Positions 12,253-24,577 of a stretch of 64,000 nt of DNA are shown piece by piece. Location: contig NW_027271475.1 of NCBI RefSeq assembly GCF_040938485.1, positions 2,356,001 through 2,420,000 of the forward strand. Reading direction: 5' to 3'. Position 1 is the first letter of the stretch. Every line of letters starts with the position of its first letter. The position numbers and the translations under genes are program-made. This DNA is from Diadema antillarum. Taxonomy: Eukaryota. A model generated the notes under the pieces. The model made no database searches and was not told the DNA's origin. It saw only the letters and a list, made by a program, of their open reading frames with translations.

Positions 12253-13598
12253 GACCCCGTTTACACTAATTTACAGTGCGAGGCTCGGCCGCGGCTCGGC
12301 CAAGCCCCGCTTCAGTGTAAACGCGCAAAAGGCCAAATGCGAGGCCAAAATTGGCCTCGCATTTGGCCTCGCTCTGGAGGTGGTCTCGACCGCGGCCGAG
12401 CAGCGGCCGAGCAGCGGCCGAGCCCGGCCTTTTCTCAGTGTAAACGTAAACTGGGCCAAATGCGCGGTCAATTTTAGTCTGGCTTCCAAACCCTCTGCCT
12501 GTACTATTTCGCTAATCAGGATATTAACCCCCTCAACGTCGAAAACTAGCATAGTTTAAGGTGGTTTTGTCCTGCAAAGGATTGTTTCCTTCGGCAAAGG
12601 CCTTTGCCCGAACGGCGACTTCGTCGCCACGGAATTCATTTGGCAAAGGGTCTGAAAACCAGACAATACCAAATTGCATATGTTTACAAGCAGAGCGCCA
12701 CTACGACAACATATTGAAAGGTTTGAATCAAAAGCGCGGGCGAGCCCGGCAGTGTAAACGGACAAAATAGCGGGGCCCGGCCTCGCAATTGAGGCTGGGC
12801 TCGGCCCAGCCCCGCTTCAGTGTAAACGCGCAAAAGGCCAAATGGGGGGCCAAACTTGGCCTCGCATTTGGCCTCGCTCTGGAGGTGGTCTGGGCCGCGG
12901 ACGAGCCCAGCCTTTTCTCAGTGTAAACGCAAACTGGGCCAAATGCGCGGCCAATTTTAGTCTGGCTTCCAAACCCTCTGCCCGTACTATTTCGCTATTC
13001 AGGATATTAACCCCCTCAACGTCGAAAGGTTTGAATTAAAAGCGCGGCCTAACCCAGCAGTGTAAACGGATAAAATTGCGGGGCTCGGCCGCGGCTCGGC
13101 CCAGCCCCGCTTCAGTGTAAACGCGCAAAAGGCCAAATGCGAGGCCAAAATTGGCCTCGCATTTGGCCTCGCTCTGGAGCCCGGCCTTTTCTCAGTGTAA
13201 ACGTAAACTGGGCCAAATGCGCGGCCAATTTTAGTCTGGCTTCCGAACCCTCTGCCTGTACTATTTCGCTGTTCAGGATATTAACCCCCTCAACGTTGAA
13301 AACTCGTATAGTTTAAGGTGGTTTTGTCCTGCAAAGGATTTTTTCCTTCGGCAAAGGCCTTTGCCCGAACGGCGACTTCGTAGCCACGGAATCCAGTTGG
13401 CAAAGGCTCTGAAAACCAGACTATACCAAATTGCGTTTGTTTACAAGCAGAGCGCCACTACGACAAAATATTGAAAGGTTTGAATTAAAAGCGCGGCCGA
13501 GCCCGGCAGTGTAAACGGACAAAATTTCGAGGCTCGGCCCCGCAATTGAGGCTGGGCTCGGCCGCGGCTCGGCCCAGCCCCGCACTGTAAACGGGGTC
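12253..13598. mobile_element. PIF/Harbinger-like non-autonomous element with internal tandem units
   Basis: Perfect 13-bp TIR GACCCCGTTTACA/TGTAAACGGGGTC; TTA duplicated on both sides (12250-12252, 13599-13601); empty site in the paralogous unit near 21520-21540. Confidence 0.85.
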
Positions 13599-14714
13599 TT
13601 AGAAAACTTTGATAAGTACTTTAATTGCACTTTTATGTGCAGAAGTTCATGTCCGTGGGTTTACCATCTACATTGAACGTATACATCAACATATCTATCT
13701 TAAAATATTGCAGATAAACAACAATTAATTACAAGGCTACGACGTCAATCTAAAGAAAACTACTAAATACTTTCCCGTACTATATTAAATAGTGATTTAT
13801 TGCGTCAGGAATATCTGCTGCAGCGATTGCTCCCAAAACAATTTTAGTTCAGGAATATATATCATATGATTAGCAAGCTAGAGTGAACAGGGTATACGAA
13901 CTATTCACCTAAAATGTTAATGTTTGAACCTATTGCTTTTTGTGAAGGAGAATTTCATAGATCGATGGATACGATTCTCATACTGGCTCTTGTATAAGAT
14001 GCTATCAAAGCTAGTAGAAAACATCAAGACATACACACACAAGAAAAGACGGGAAATTTCATCATACTTTGTGCCTGAAAATAATATTTCCCGTATAAAG
14101 TGAAAAACACCACTATTCCTGTGAAAATGAATATTTTCTACCACAAATTTAAATGCATTTTTCTGACGCGTAACAATAAAAAAGCCTTGCAAAGACAATC
14201 TCACCAATATTGCACTCTGCTTTACCGTTCTTCGTGTATCGTTTAAGAAATTAAATCAAGTTAAAATCAAACACTAAATCAAGACTACACATGCTTATGA
14301 TAGGTTGACAACAAAGATATGTGGATTGTTTTTTTTTCAAAGTATTGATACCTTACTTTCTCATAAAGTTTAAACTTAAAAAAAAGTAATCACAGTCATA
14401 TCATGAACATGCTCTGAATCCTACAAGTTTGACAATTTATCAGATGACTTTTTTTCACAGGGATTTTTTTCTCACGAGTATAACATACATATTACAAAGC
14501 CAGAATAAAATTATAATCATGTCATAGGGACATATAACATCCAATTTTCTTTTTTTTTATCATCAGATTATCGCTCGATCATATATTGTTGATCGAAGTT
14601 TGAATGAGACTATTTTGTATCAAATTCAATTAGATGTGCTTCTAGCTGTCTAGTTGATGAATATAATCACAACAACTTCTCATCCCCAAATTTGTAATTT
14701 TCTCGAACTTATAT

Positions 14715-15830
14715 TTAGGTTGTTTGTTTTGACATTGACAATTCGCCCGTCGAAACCACAGATACATTATTTGATGCGTCATCATTTTTCATCACTTCTG
14801 TCTTTTTGTTCTTCGCTATTAGGCCCTGTAACCATGGAGATGGTTTGGGAATCTTTGACCAACGACACCGGAACACACAGAGCGAAATTTGACGAAAAAG
14901 TGGTTGTTTGAAACAGTAGATAAATGGGTTGATACAGGAATTGATAGAGTACACAACAGCGGTGAATTTGAAGTACTTCAGGTAGCATTTCTCCGTCAAG
15001 ACGCAAAGCGTGTTGGGAAGAATGCAAACGAAAAACCCGCAAACTACGATAAAGAGGTTCTTAGTAATATCGATCTCACGTTTATCAATGGTCATACGCA
15101 TTTTGATCTCGCTTTGCTCTGGTGCCGCAGACTTGCCGGAGTTGTTCTTGAAAAGCTTCAAAAGATTGTGGTGCTGGGCCTTGACGTAGATGAAGATTTT
15201 CAGATAACAAGCGCTGATGATGGAGAAAGTTGTAACAAAGAGTACCTCCTCGATAATGTACACGATCCTCAGCTGCAGCCTCGTTCCATCAAACACGCAG
15301 AAATGGTTATCTGCGTTGTACCCTAGGCGTCCAAACCCTAGAGCTGTCGGGAGGACAATTGCCAAAAGCGGACTTAGCCAGGCGAAGCAGACCATGAAAA
15401 ACACGTTTCTGCTACTGTATATTTCTTTGTACTTCATTCTCGGGCGGGTGATAACGATGTATCTGTCAACGCTGATCAAGGCAAGGTGGACGATGCTCGC
15501 TTTGAAGGCGATGAGGGTGACCCCACCCACCATTTGACACACCCAATCAGGCAACGGCCATCCCTCAAGCGTCGTTAGCGCCACCGCATCGAGGCTGAGC
15601 ATGCCACATCCGATCAGGTCGGAGGTGGTCAGACTGACCACGAAGATGTTAGTGACTGTCTGGAGCTGGCGGGACAGGGAGACGAGCAGGATAACGAAAC
15701 TGTTGCCGAGCACGCCGACGATACTGATGACACAGACGATCGAAGCGAGAATCCTGTTACTGATGACCAGGGTCGAATCAGAGTATGGATCATAAATGCT
15801 TCCGTCAAGGCTTGAATTAATCGTAGGCAT
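14715..15830 (-). CDS. Class A GPCR, copy 4 (371 aa)
   Basis: Intact ORF with GN, TSD, DRY, CILP and NPFIY motifs. Confidence 0.95.
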   Translation of the reverse strand: MPTINSSLDGSIYDPYSDSTLVISNRILASIVCVISIVGVLGNSFVILLVSLSRQLQTVTNIFVVSLTTSDLIGCGMLSLDAVALTTLEGWPLPDWVCQMVGGVTLIAFKASIVHLALISVDRYIVITRPRMKYKEIYSSRNVFFMVCFAWLSPLLAIVLPTALGFGRLGYNADNHFCVFDGTRLQLRIVYIIEEVLFVTTFSIISACYLKIFIYVKAQHHNLLKLFKNNSGKSAAPEQSEIKMRMTIDKREIDITKNLFIVVCGFFVCILPNTLCVLTEKCYLKYFKFTAVVYSINSCINPFIYCFKQPLFRQISLCVFRCRWSKIPKPSPWLQGLIAKNKKTEVMKNDDASNNVSVVSTGELSMSKQTT

Positions 15831-17098
15831 GATGTCAAAAATGTAAATTCCTGAAATAAAACGATAAACAGTGAGTCAGTGATTAAGCTCGCTTCTCAAA
15901 TGAGTGTTTGTTTTCGTGTTTGTTTTTTTCTTTTTACTTCACATAGATTGATAATGAATGTAAAATTGCGATGGGATGAAAATCTGATATATACGCAGTG
16001 TGATTATCATCTCGCATCGCAGAACCATAAAGTTGCACTGGGAAATTTGTTGGGATAGGTTGGCTATGTTTGTGGGTCAGCTGTGTTGAGTTCCTCGTTT
16101 AACATGTATCTTAGTAAGTAGTCCTTCAAGTTTTTTTTGTCAAAAATTTGAACATAACTGGAAGTACCGTTCTGTTGATTTCTTTTCTTTTTAGATTTGT
16201 AAATCTATACTGTTTTACTGTGATGTCATTCTCAGTTACAATTGACAACTCTTCTCTGTTTTTATTTTAATGGTCAACGATTGCAACGATTGCAACTCAG
16301 GGGTAGAATCAATATCCAGCTGTGCAAGGTTACAGTAACTGAATGTAATATAATGGTATTAATGATCAAATAATTTTTTTTCGTAAATACATGTATTATT
16401 AATCTTCAGTAATGTTTGTGTCATGACCTATAATGCGCATTACGGATTGAATCCCATAGCAAGACAAGAATGTCGATGTTCTATGACAGATTTCTTCTTT
16501 TTTTTTATCAATTGTCACCTTCTGTTCATCGTAATGTATGAAAGTTCCGATCATGAATTTTCATTGTTTGTACAGTAAATAACAATTGGACCTAAAAAAA
16601 AAAGATCTGTCACGGCACATATTGGATCCTCTGAATTTATGATCTCTTTTGTTCATTCAAGATTGTAGAAACCTATACTTTCATTAAAGTATACCTCTGA
16701 AAATAATTTCAAAAGTGGCTTTTTTTGTTTGTTTGTCAGGAGACACTTTGAATGCATGGTAAGTTGTCCCGAATTACCCACATTTTGTTGCACGTATAAA
16801 TTGACTTATTTGACTTTGTGCACTTCCCTTCTTCAGAAGAAAGCGGTGAACATGAAACTTACGTGTCAGGTTGGTAATCACTGAGACCGAGTATAATAGG
16901 CTACCAGCATCATAATACAGATTTAATGAATATATTACATAACAGGCCCCTTGTCGAGAGATCAAACCTTGTATTTAGATTACACCTCCACGGATTTTCA
17001 TGCCAATTTTCTACTCAGTAATGGTACGCCCCACAATGAGTAACTGAGACAGGTACACACAGAGAGTTGAAAGTGCCTGACACCAGTTGATCAGGCTA

Positions 17099-17164
17099 TT
17101 TCTTTTCTTCTTCTTCTTTTTCTTCTTCTTCTTCTTCTTCTTCTTCTTCTTCTTCTTCTTTTTT
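17099..17164 (+). repeat. (CTT)n microsatellite
   Basis: Direct reading; the paralogous site near 24325 has only a short T run. Confidence 0.95.
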
Positions 17165-18634
17165 GATAGTGCAATAACAATTGATTCTGTTGAAATGCCC
17201 GAAGGCATTAGTTGCTCGGAAAAGGAAGGGGAAAAGCGATAAAAAAGCCTGAATATTAAACCTTGCATGATATTGTAGTCATTCTTCAGAAGTAGTGACT
17301 ATCCTCAGTCATTCTACCGCGGAAAGTACAATTTCTAGTTTACAAATATACTTGTACGGTTCTCGAGCAGTATATCATATAATTCGAGTCAGATTTAAAT
17401 GTTGCACGTGCACGTTATGTATTATAAGTCATGTATATTATCGTTATTATATAATCAACAGCATTATACGCGAGGGATTAAATTTTGAAAGATCTTTCGG
17501 ACGTAAAGACCACATCAAACCAGATTATAGAAGACTCCTTTAGTACATGATGGACCCAGATTGTGAAAACAGGAGACAAAAAAAAAAATAAAAAAATCCC
17601 CAGCACTGCATTTGGGTTTCAATGCACAGAGCAAGAACCCGGAGCATAATACAATTCAGATTGACTGAAAATTCACCAGGAAGTGGAAATACCATTCTTA
17701 AAACATAAGAAAATGTTTTTGTTTGCCTTTTCCAAGAGAAAACAAGTGCAAAAAGGGGGTGCTGCAAACGTCTCTCATTGAACACGTTGGTGAATAAATT
17801 GTATGTTTTAACAGAAATTGCTCGTGCAACAACCTAATACCTCGAAAAGCCGGTGACTTTTAAAGGGATCAGAGCTTTGAGGACACATGAAGACAAACAA
17901 TGAGGTAATTTGCTTGCTTGAAATGTTTGAGGTACTGCCATGAAATTTCTGTCTTCTTGTTTGTTTTTTTGTTTTGTTTTTTCCCAGAAAAAAGTCCTGA
18001 TATCATAGTCTTCCTAACCTTCGGACAATCTTTTTTTTTTTTTTACATTAAACCAGTAGGCCCTAGCACTTCGGTTATAAATGCCCATACATATGTAATT
18101 TTAAAGAGGTAGGCCCTTCATATGTCTACTTTATTGTCCAAACACTCTTGTGCACCCAATTTCTACACCTGAATAAAGGACAGTTAGGGCACATTTTTGC
18201 CAAAGAATATAATCACAAGACAAAAGAGCCCTAAAAATGAACACTGGACCTTTCTCGGAAGTCAAAAACCATCACACGTCACATATTATTATAATTCACG
18301 TCGAGCACATCTGTATAAGTTCGAGGACAACGTTTTAACAAAATCTTTTTCGACGAAAATCTGAATAATTTCACCAAAGAAACACAAACATTTATGTTCC
18401 TGGATTTAACATAACACAGAATACCTATTAAGATCTTGATGATCATTACTACTCTTTTAATGTTTGGTCTGCTTATATCTTCCCTCTCAAGGGAGTTTCG
18501 TACAGAACATTGTCAGGAAGGGGAAAAATACAACCAAATTGAGAAAACTAAACAAATTATGATATTAGCCTTAGCTGAAAAAAGGTTAACACAAAGAAGA
18601 AACTCGAACACTAAATTCTAAGAAGTGTTCTCAC

Positions 18635-19030
18635 CTGACAGCCGAGCAGGGTAATCCGGGAAGTCGAAATAATATTCTCACTGAAAACAAACCTGAAGCT
18701 ACGGTTCATGTTTCACGGACTTCTACGTCTTTGCAGGTTGTGCAGTTCCCTTATATCTGGACACCATTCCACGATTCTCGCTGTCATGCAGAATTAATTC
18801 GTGTTGCGTCCAATGAAAGACCGTCATGTACGACATCTTCTCCGCCTTCTCCTGCGCGCATGCGCGTCAGTGGATGAACTGAATTAAAACAGAAGTGTAC
18901 TGGCTGCTCGTTTTGTTGTATAGAATCCGTTCTGGTGATTGATTTAGCTGGTGAATTTATCTGGCTACCTTTCTTTTTCTCTGCCTACATCTCTGTATTC
19001 CTGTCAGTGACAAGCGCTGAACATCCACGG
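18635..19030 (-). promoter_or_regulatory. Candidate promoter and non-coding exon 1 of GPCR copy 4 (class II)
   Basis: Donor CAG|GTGAGA (GT at 18634); GATATAA (18751-18757); CCAAT (18810-18814); palindrome CGCGCATGCGCG (18855-18866); block strongly conserved with 29023-29460. Acceptor TTTCAG at 15851. Confidence 0.65.
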
Positions 19031-19664
19031 ATAGGGCTCCCCCCCCCTTTTTTTTTTATTGGCAAGACCTGTTCGTTTTAGAAGGGCATGATCGTGTTGA
19101 CGTTGAATAATTCATAATGATAGACGCATACATCTTTTCACTACAGCGAATGATTTTGCTTTGCAGTTTGAGAGTCAGTTTCAATTTGTCTTGTTTCTCC
19201 AGGTGTACACGATGACTACGACAAACAATTAATGTTCACATCAAAATATAAATGAGTAGGCCTACTTGAAGAAATTTAATGATACCTGTACACACGATTA
19301 TGAAACTATCAATGAGCAATCTGCTTGACTGGAATGGCGGATTCTGGGCGATATAGTATCTTATAATTCCCTGTTATTCGTTGACGAGATTTGCATCCTG
19401 CTGTTCAAGTGAAGTGACGTGACATACTTGGACGTGCACTACCTGTGATTCCTATGGATAGAACGGAACCTCATGTTTCCATCATATTCATAAAAAAATG
19501 GAACGTTTGGCTTCCGCATCTACTGAACGGTTACATAACACACAACACTACTCTGCTGATCTTTATCTTGTATTTATTGTAACACGAGTTTCTGTCTTGA
19601 TAAGGTTTGGGTGGTAAGTTTGTGACTGCCAAGCTGTAAATTCAATTTCATGGTGAAACCCTTT

Positions 19665-19883
19665 GGGCCGTATTCACGATGGTCCATGGTTTGAATTAAA
19701 AAGACCATGCATGGTTTTAATAAGCGTGGAATAGCCAAATCCTTATGTATCAACGCGCGTTTGTTACTGGACGTCTTGTTGGCGCAGTCAATCTTTTCAA
19801 TTGTATTACGCAGAAGAAATTTGCTTAAACCATGGTTAAATTTAAACCCTCTTCAATTTAAACCCCCTTTGTGAATTCGTGTT
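19665..19883. mobile_element. Degenerate small MITE (GGGCCGTATTCAC...GTGAATTCG)
   Basis: Partial terminal inverted match and internal CCATGG/AAACC motifs; right end eroded. Confidence 0.35.
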
Positions 19884-20017
19884 TTTGTGTGCTTTGACTG
19901 CCAGCTGACACACAAAACCCCAAAGCGTTGCACATACAGTCTAGATTTCCTGCTCAGAGGGCGTTGATAAGAAAAAACAAAACAACAACAACAACACAAA
20001 GGGAAACATCCCTTCAC

Positions 20018-20450
20018 TTTTTCATTTCATTTCATTTATTTTACAAATCAGGACGCAGGTTCAAAGTGTCAAAGAAGAAGCAAAGCCTAATGACCTGTCA
20101 AGGCTGCTCACCGATAATGAAAAAAAAAGATAACGATCATGTGTCTTGCAGTGGGACTAGAACAAAACAAAAACTATTGATTAGTGTAGCACTTTAATCA
20201 ATACTAATGAATCTATTACAGGAACAGCATCATTACATAGCATCTTTATGAATTCACTATAATATTCTCAATGTTTTCTCTTGAATGCATGTAGACATAT
20301 TTATAAGCATCTTGCTTAATAGTTTTTGGGAAACTGGTCCACATTGTTGAGCCAAAATATCTTAATGTGCATCGCGTGAAAACTTATAACTGGAAGTTCG
20401 ATGGCTTGTTATTTTCCGCCTGTCCTGTATAGTACTCATTTACCTCAATG
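20018..20450 (-). mobile_element. Degenerate CR1/L2-group LINE 3' remnant
   Basis: Minus strand gives YYTGQ...LRYFGSTMWTSFPKTIK (RT C-terminal-like), then a 3' end AATAAATGAAATGAAATGAAA. Confidence 0.5.
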
Positions 20451-22487
20451 TTTGTTTAATTGTTTGTTTTACAAAATCGAAAACAAGAGAGCATCTCCAC
20501 AATACACAATACAAAATACATGAACACGCAGTTAAAGTTCTTCTTCTTCCTGTTTGCATTATGTACAGTCCGCCGCTAGCGTATTATCGTACCTCGTTCT
20601 TGTCAAGTGTCGGGTGTAGGCCTACATTGTGCAGTTTTGTTAGATTCAAACATTTTCTTTATAAAGATTCAGCTTTCCAAACAAAGGATAGAAAACTAAT
20701 GTGGTCTTGAATTTGTTATGATTCTTATTTTACGCTTCTGAAGAATTTGAATTCTATTCAAATGACATAATCATTAGTCGATGTATATATATTGTGAATT
20801 CTTTGTTTATGAGATATAACCTTTAAATTTACTGTAATAATTTTGATTCAAATGAGGTGTGAAAAATGACGACACAAATATAGATAAAATGATAATGGGA
20901 TGTTTCCCCTTCAAATTGATGATAGATTTACTTCTTCAAAGCTATGATTTGTATCTGCATTCTTCAGTATAAGAATACGACTGACACAAAGAGAATGAGT
21001 AATTTACTGAAATCATTGCACCCACATTTTTCACAAGAAAATAAGACAATCAGAGCATGTTACAATCTGGCATCTGCCAAACACTGTTTCCATCAACAGG
21101 GTAGCAAATACCAAGGTGAAGCTCCTTGCAAATACAGAGACATTTTTACTCGATCCTCAATTTATGTCCTTCAGCCTACTACTGGAAAGGGTAAAGCGCC
21201 CCCCCCCCCCCCAAGAATGGCATAACATTGTTACTGAAGAAGACTGAGATGGGATCCTGAAATTCCCGAGGATTCTACAAACATGGCAACAACAAAAAAA
21301 ACACCAACCAACAACAAACAAACGAACTACGCAACATCATTTAGGGGTGTTGCAGGAATAGAGCTTATAAATTTCCTTCATTTCTTTAAAAAAGGCATTT
21401 TACATGTGTATTTATCTTTACATGTTTACATACAGAAATTGTGCCTTTGAGTTACACCAAATAAATCACCATGATTACATTATATGTTTACATCATGTTT
21501 CCAGTTATGATATATATGAGCGTCTTCTCAGAAAACTATACTGCTTTCATATGTATGTGCATTCATATCCATGGGTTTACCGCCTACATTGGACGTATAC
21601 ATTTGCATATCTATCTCGAAATATTACAGATAAACAACAATTAATTACAAGGCAAAAATGTCAAGTAACGAAAACTACTAAAAGCTTTCCCTTACTACTA
21701 GTATCTTAAATGGGAATTTAATTCGCCCTGTTGTAAGCTGCCACTGAATCTTAAAAAAAGTTCAGGAATATTATGCTTAGCAAGCTAGAAAGAACTACGC
21801 ATACCTACTACCGAAAGTAGTGCTTTTTGTGAAGGCTAATTTCATAGATCGACAGATAAACAAGATTCGCATACTAGCTTTTGTCTAATATGCTATCAAA
21901 CTAGTAGAAAATTTCAGAAAATATACATGCACAAGAGAAATCGGGAAATTTCAACATGGTGTGTGCCTGAAAATGTTTTCCCGTATAAAGTGAAAAACAC
22001 GATTCCTGTGAAAATTAATACCATGTACAACAAAAATAAATGCATTTTTCTTTCTGACTTGTAACAATGAATAAGCCGTAACAGCAGCAGAGTCAAATTT
22101 ACAAATATTGCACATTACTCGCAGTTGTTCGTGTAAATTTTAACAAATTAAATCAAATTAAAATCAAACACTGCAAGTAAAAGAGTACTCACAGTCATAT
22201 CTGAGCATGCGCTGGATCCTACAAGTTGGATAATTTTTCAGAGAACTATTTCACAGGGATTTACCTTTAACATAAAATATATATTTTTTTTTAAAGTATG
22301 ATCACTAAGTGGGATATACGACATCAGATTTTCTCCTTTTTTTTACCATCAGATTATTGCTTGATCATATTGTCAATGGTTTAAACGAGGCTATTCAGAA
22401 TCAAATTCAATTAGATGTGCTTCGAGGTGACGAAAATGATTAAAACAACTTTTGACTCAAAAATTCATAATTTCCCAAAACTTGCTT

Positions 22488-23597
22488 CTAGGTAGTTTGT
22501 TTCGACACTGAAATTTCGCCCGTCGAAATCACAGACACATTATTTGATACGTCATCATTTTTCATCACTTCTGTCTTTTTGTTCTTCGCTATTAGGCCCT
22601 GTAACCATGGAGATGGTTTGGGAATCTTTGACCAACGACACCGGAACACACAGAGGGAAATTTGACGAAAAAGTGGCTGTTTGAAACAGTAGATGAATGG
22701 GTTGATGCAGGAATTGATGGAGTACACAACAGCGGTGAATTTGAAGTACTTCAGGTAGCATTTCTCCGTTAGGACGCAAAGCGTGTTGGGAAGGATGCAA
22801 ACGAAAAACCCGCAAACTACGATAAAGAGGTTCTTAGTAATTTCGATCTCACGTTTATCGATGGTCATACGCATTTTGATCTCGCTCTGCTCTAGTGCCG
22901 TAGACTTGCCGGAGTTGTTCTTGAAGAGCTTTAAAAGATTATGGTGCTGGGCCTTGACGTAGATGAAGATTTTCAGATAACAAGCGCTGATGATGGAGAA
23001 AGTTGTGACAAAGAGTACCTCCTCGATAATGTACACGATCCTCAGCTGCAGCCTCGTTCCATCAAACGCACAGAAATGGTTATCTGCGTTGTATCCAAGG
23101 CGACCAAAGCCTAGAGCTGTCGGGAAAACAATTCCCAAAAGCGGAGAAAGCCAAGCAAAGGAAACCATGAAAAACACATTTCTGCTACTGTATATTTTCT
23201 TGTACTTGATTCTTGGGCGGGTGATGACGATGAATCTATCGACGCTGATCAAGGCAAGGTGGACGATGCTCGCTTTGAAGGCGATGAGGCAGGTCCCGCC
23301 CACCATTTGACACACCCAATCAGGTAATGGCCATCCCTCAAGCGTCGTTAGCGCCACCGCCTCGAGGCTCAGCATGCCGCATCCGATCAGGTCGGAAAGG
23401 GTCAGACTCACTACAAAGACGTTGGTGACTGTCTGGAGCTGGCGGGACAGGGAGACGAGCAGGATGACGAAACTGTTGCCGAGCACGCCGACGATGGTGA
23501 TGAGGCAGACGATCGAGGCGAGAATCGTGTTACTGATGACCAGAGTCGAATCAGAGTATGGATCATAGACATCAAGACTTGAATTAATCGTAGGCAT
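22488..23597 (-). CDS. Class A GPCR, copy 5 (369 aa)
   Basis: Intact ORF. By my count it differs from copy 4 by 23 substitutions plus a 2-aa N-terminal indel. Confidence 0.95.
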   Translation of the reverse strand: MPTINSSLDVYDPYSDSTLVISNTILASIVCLITIVGVLGNSFVILLVSLSRQLQTVTNVFVVSLTLSDLIGCGMLSLEAVALTTLEGWPLPDWVCQMVGGTCLIAFKASIVHLALISVDRFIVITRPRIKYKKIYSSRNVFFMVSFAWLSPLLGIVFPTALGFGRLGYNADNHFCAFDGTRLQLRIVYIIEEVLFVTTFSIISACYLKIFIYVKAQHHNLLKLFKNNSGKSTALEQSEIKMRMTIDKREIEITKNLFIVVCGFFVCILPNTLCVLTEKCYLKYFKFTAVVYSINSCINPFIYCFKQPLFRQISLCVFRCRWSKIPKPSPWLQGLIAKNKKTEVMKNDDVSNNVSVISTGEISVSKQTT

Positions 23598-24577
23598 GAT
23601 GTCAAATGTAATTCCTGAAATAAAACGATAAACAGGCGTGTTTAGAAAGTCAGTGATAAAGCTAGCTTCTCAAGTGACAAGGGTTTTTTTTTTCACAGAG
23701 ATCGATAATGAATGTAAAAGTTCGATAGGATAAAAAAACTAATATATACGCTTCAGTGAGTCAGTGATTAAGTTCACTTCTCAAGTGATGATTTTTTTTA
23801 CGTCATTTAGATCGATCATTTATGAAAAATTTTGATATGGTGAAAATCTGATACATTCGCAGTGTGATGGTCACCCCGCCTCACCGAGCTAATAAAAGTT
23901 GCACTGGGTAATTGGATGGGATAGGTTGGAGTTCTTTGTTTAACGTGTATCTAAGCAATATAGTCTTATAGGTTTGTTTGTCAGAAATCTGGACATAGAT
24001 TGAAGTAACATTTAGTAGATTTATCTATCTTTCTTTCTTTCAGTTTCATAGGACTACTTATATCTCTTTTTGTTACATCTTTCTCTGCTGCCCACGCATT
24101 GTGCACATTAAAATTGTATGACGATTCTTCATAATCATAAACTAACGACTGCAAGACTAGTAGGGTAGATACTTAGTCGTGCAAGGTTACAGTCAATGAA
24201 TGTAATGCAGTTGTCTTAAAGATCGAGTAACTTTGTATATGATATTTGTTATCAGTCTTCAGTAACGCCAAGGTACACACAGTCAAAAGTGCCTAGTACC
24301 CATTGACAGTTGATCGAGCTGATTTTTTTGTTATTGCAATAGCCATTGATTCTTTTCAAATGGTCAAAGGCGGAAGGTTTGTCGAGATGCTTGGAAAGGT
24401 AACGGGGAAAATCGATAAAAAAGCCTGAATACTAGACTGTGCATTGTATTCATTCTTCAAGAAGCAGTGGTTATCCTTGGCTATTCTTAATATGAAAGTA
24501 CAATTTGTAGTGTATGAATATTTGTAGGGTTCTCGATCTGCACATGATTGAGAAAACATTTTAATGTTTCTGGTGTA

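Noticed and set aside
12232-13630. CRISPR-like array or transposase ORFs in the GC-rich element
   Set aside because: Eukaryotic context, no unique spacers, no cas genes; the short ORFs have no DDE or other recognisable motifs.
17011-17268. Poly-Lys ORF
   Set aside because: Translation of the (CTT)n microsatellite.
4631-23597. Opsin or biogenic-amine receptor identity
   Set aside because: No Lys at 7.43 and no Asp at 3.32.
155-23605. Recurrent plus-strand and alternate-frame ORFs over the GPCRs (MTEKWLFET..., MPHPIRSERV..., MRVFRLH...)
   Set aside because: Shadows of the GPCR frames; they recur only because the genes are paralogs, and their starts and stops vary.
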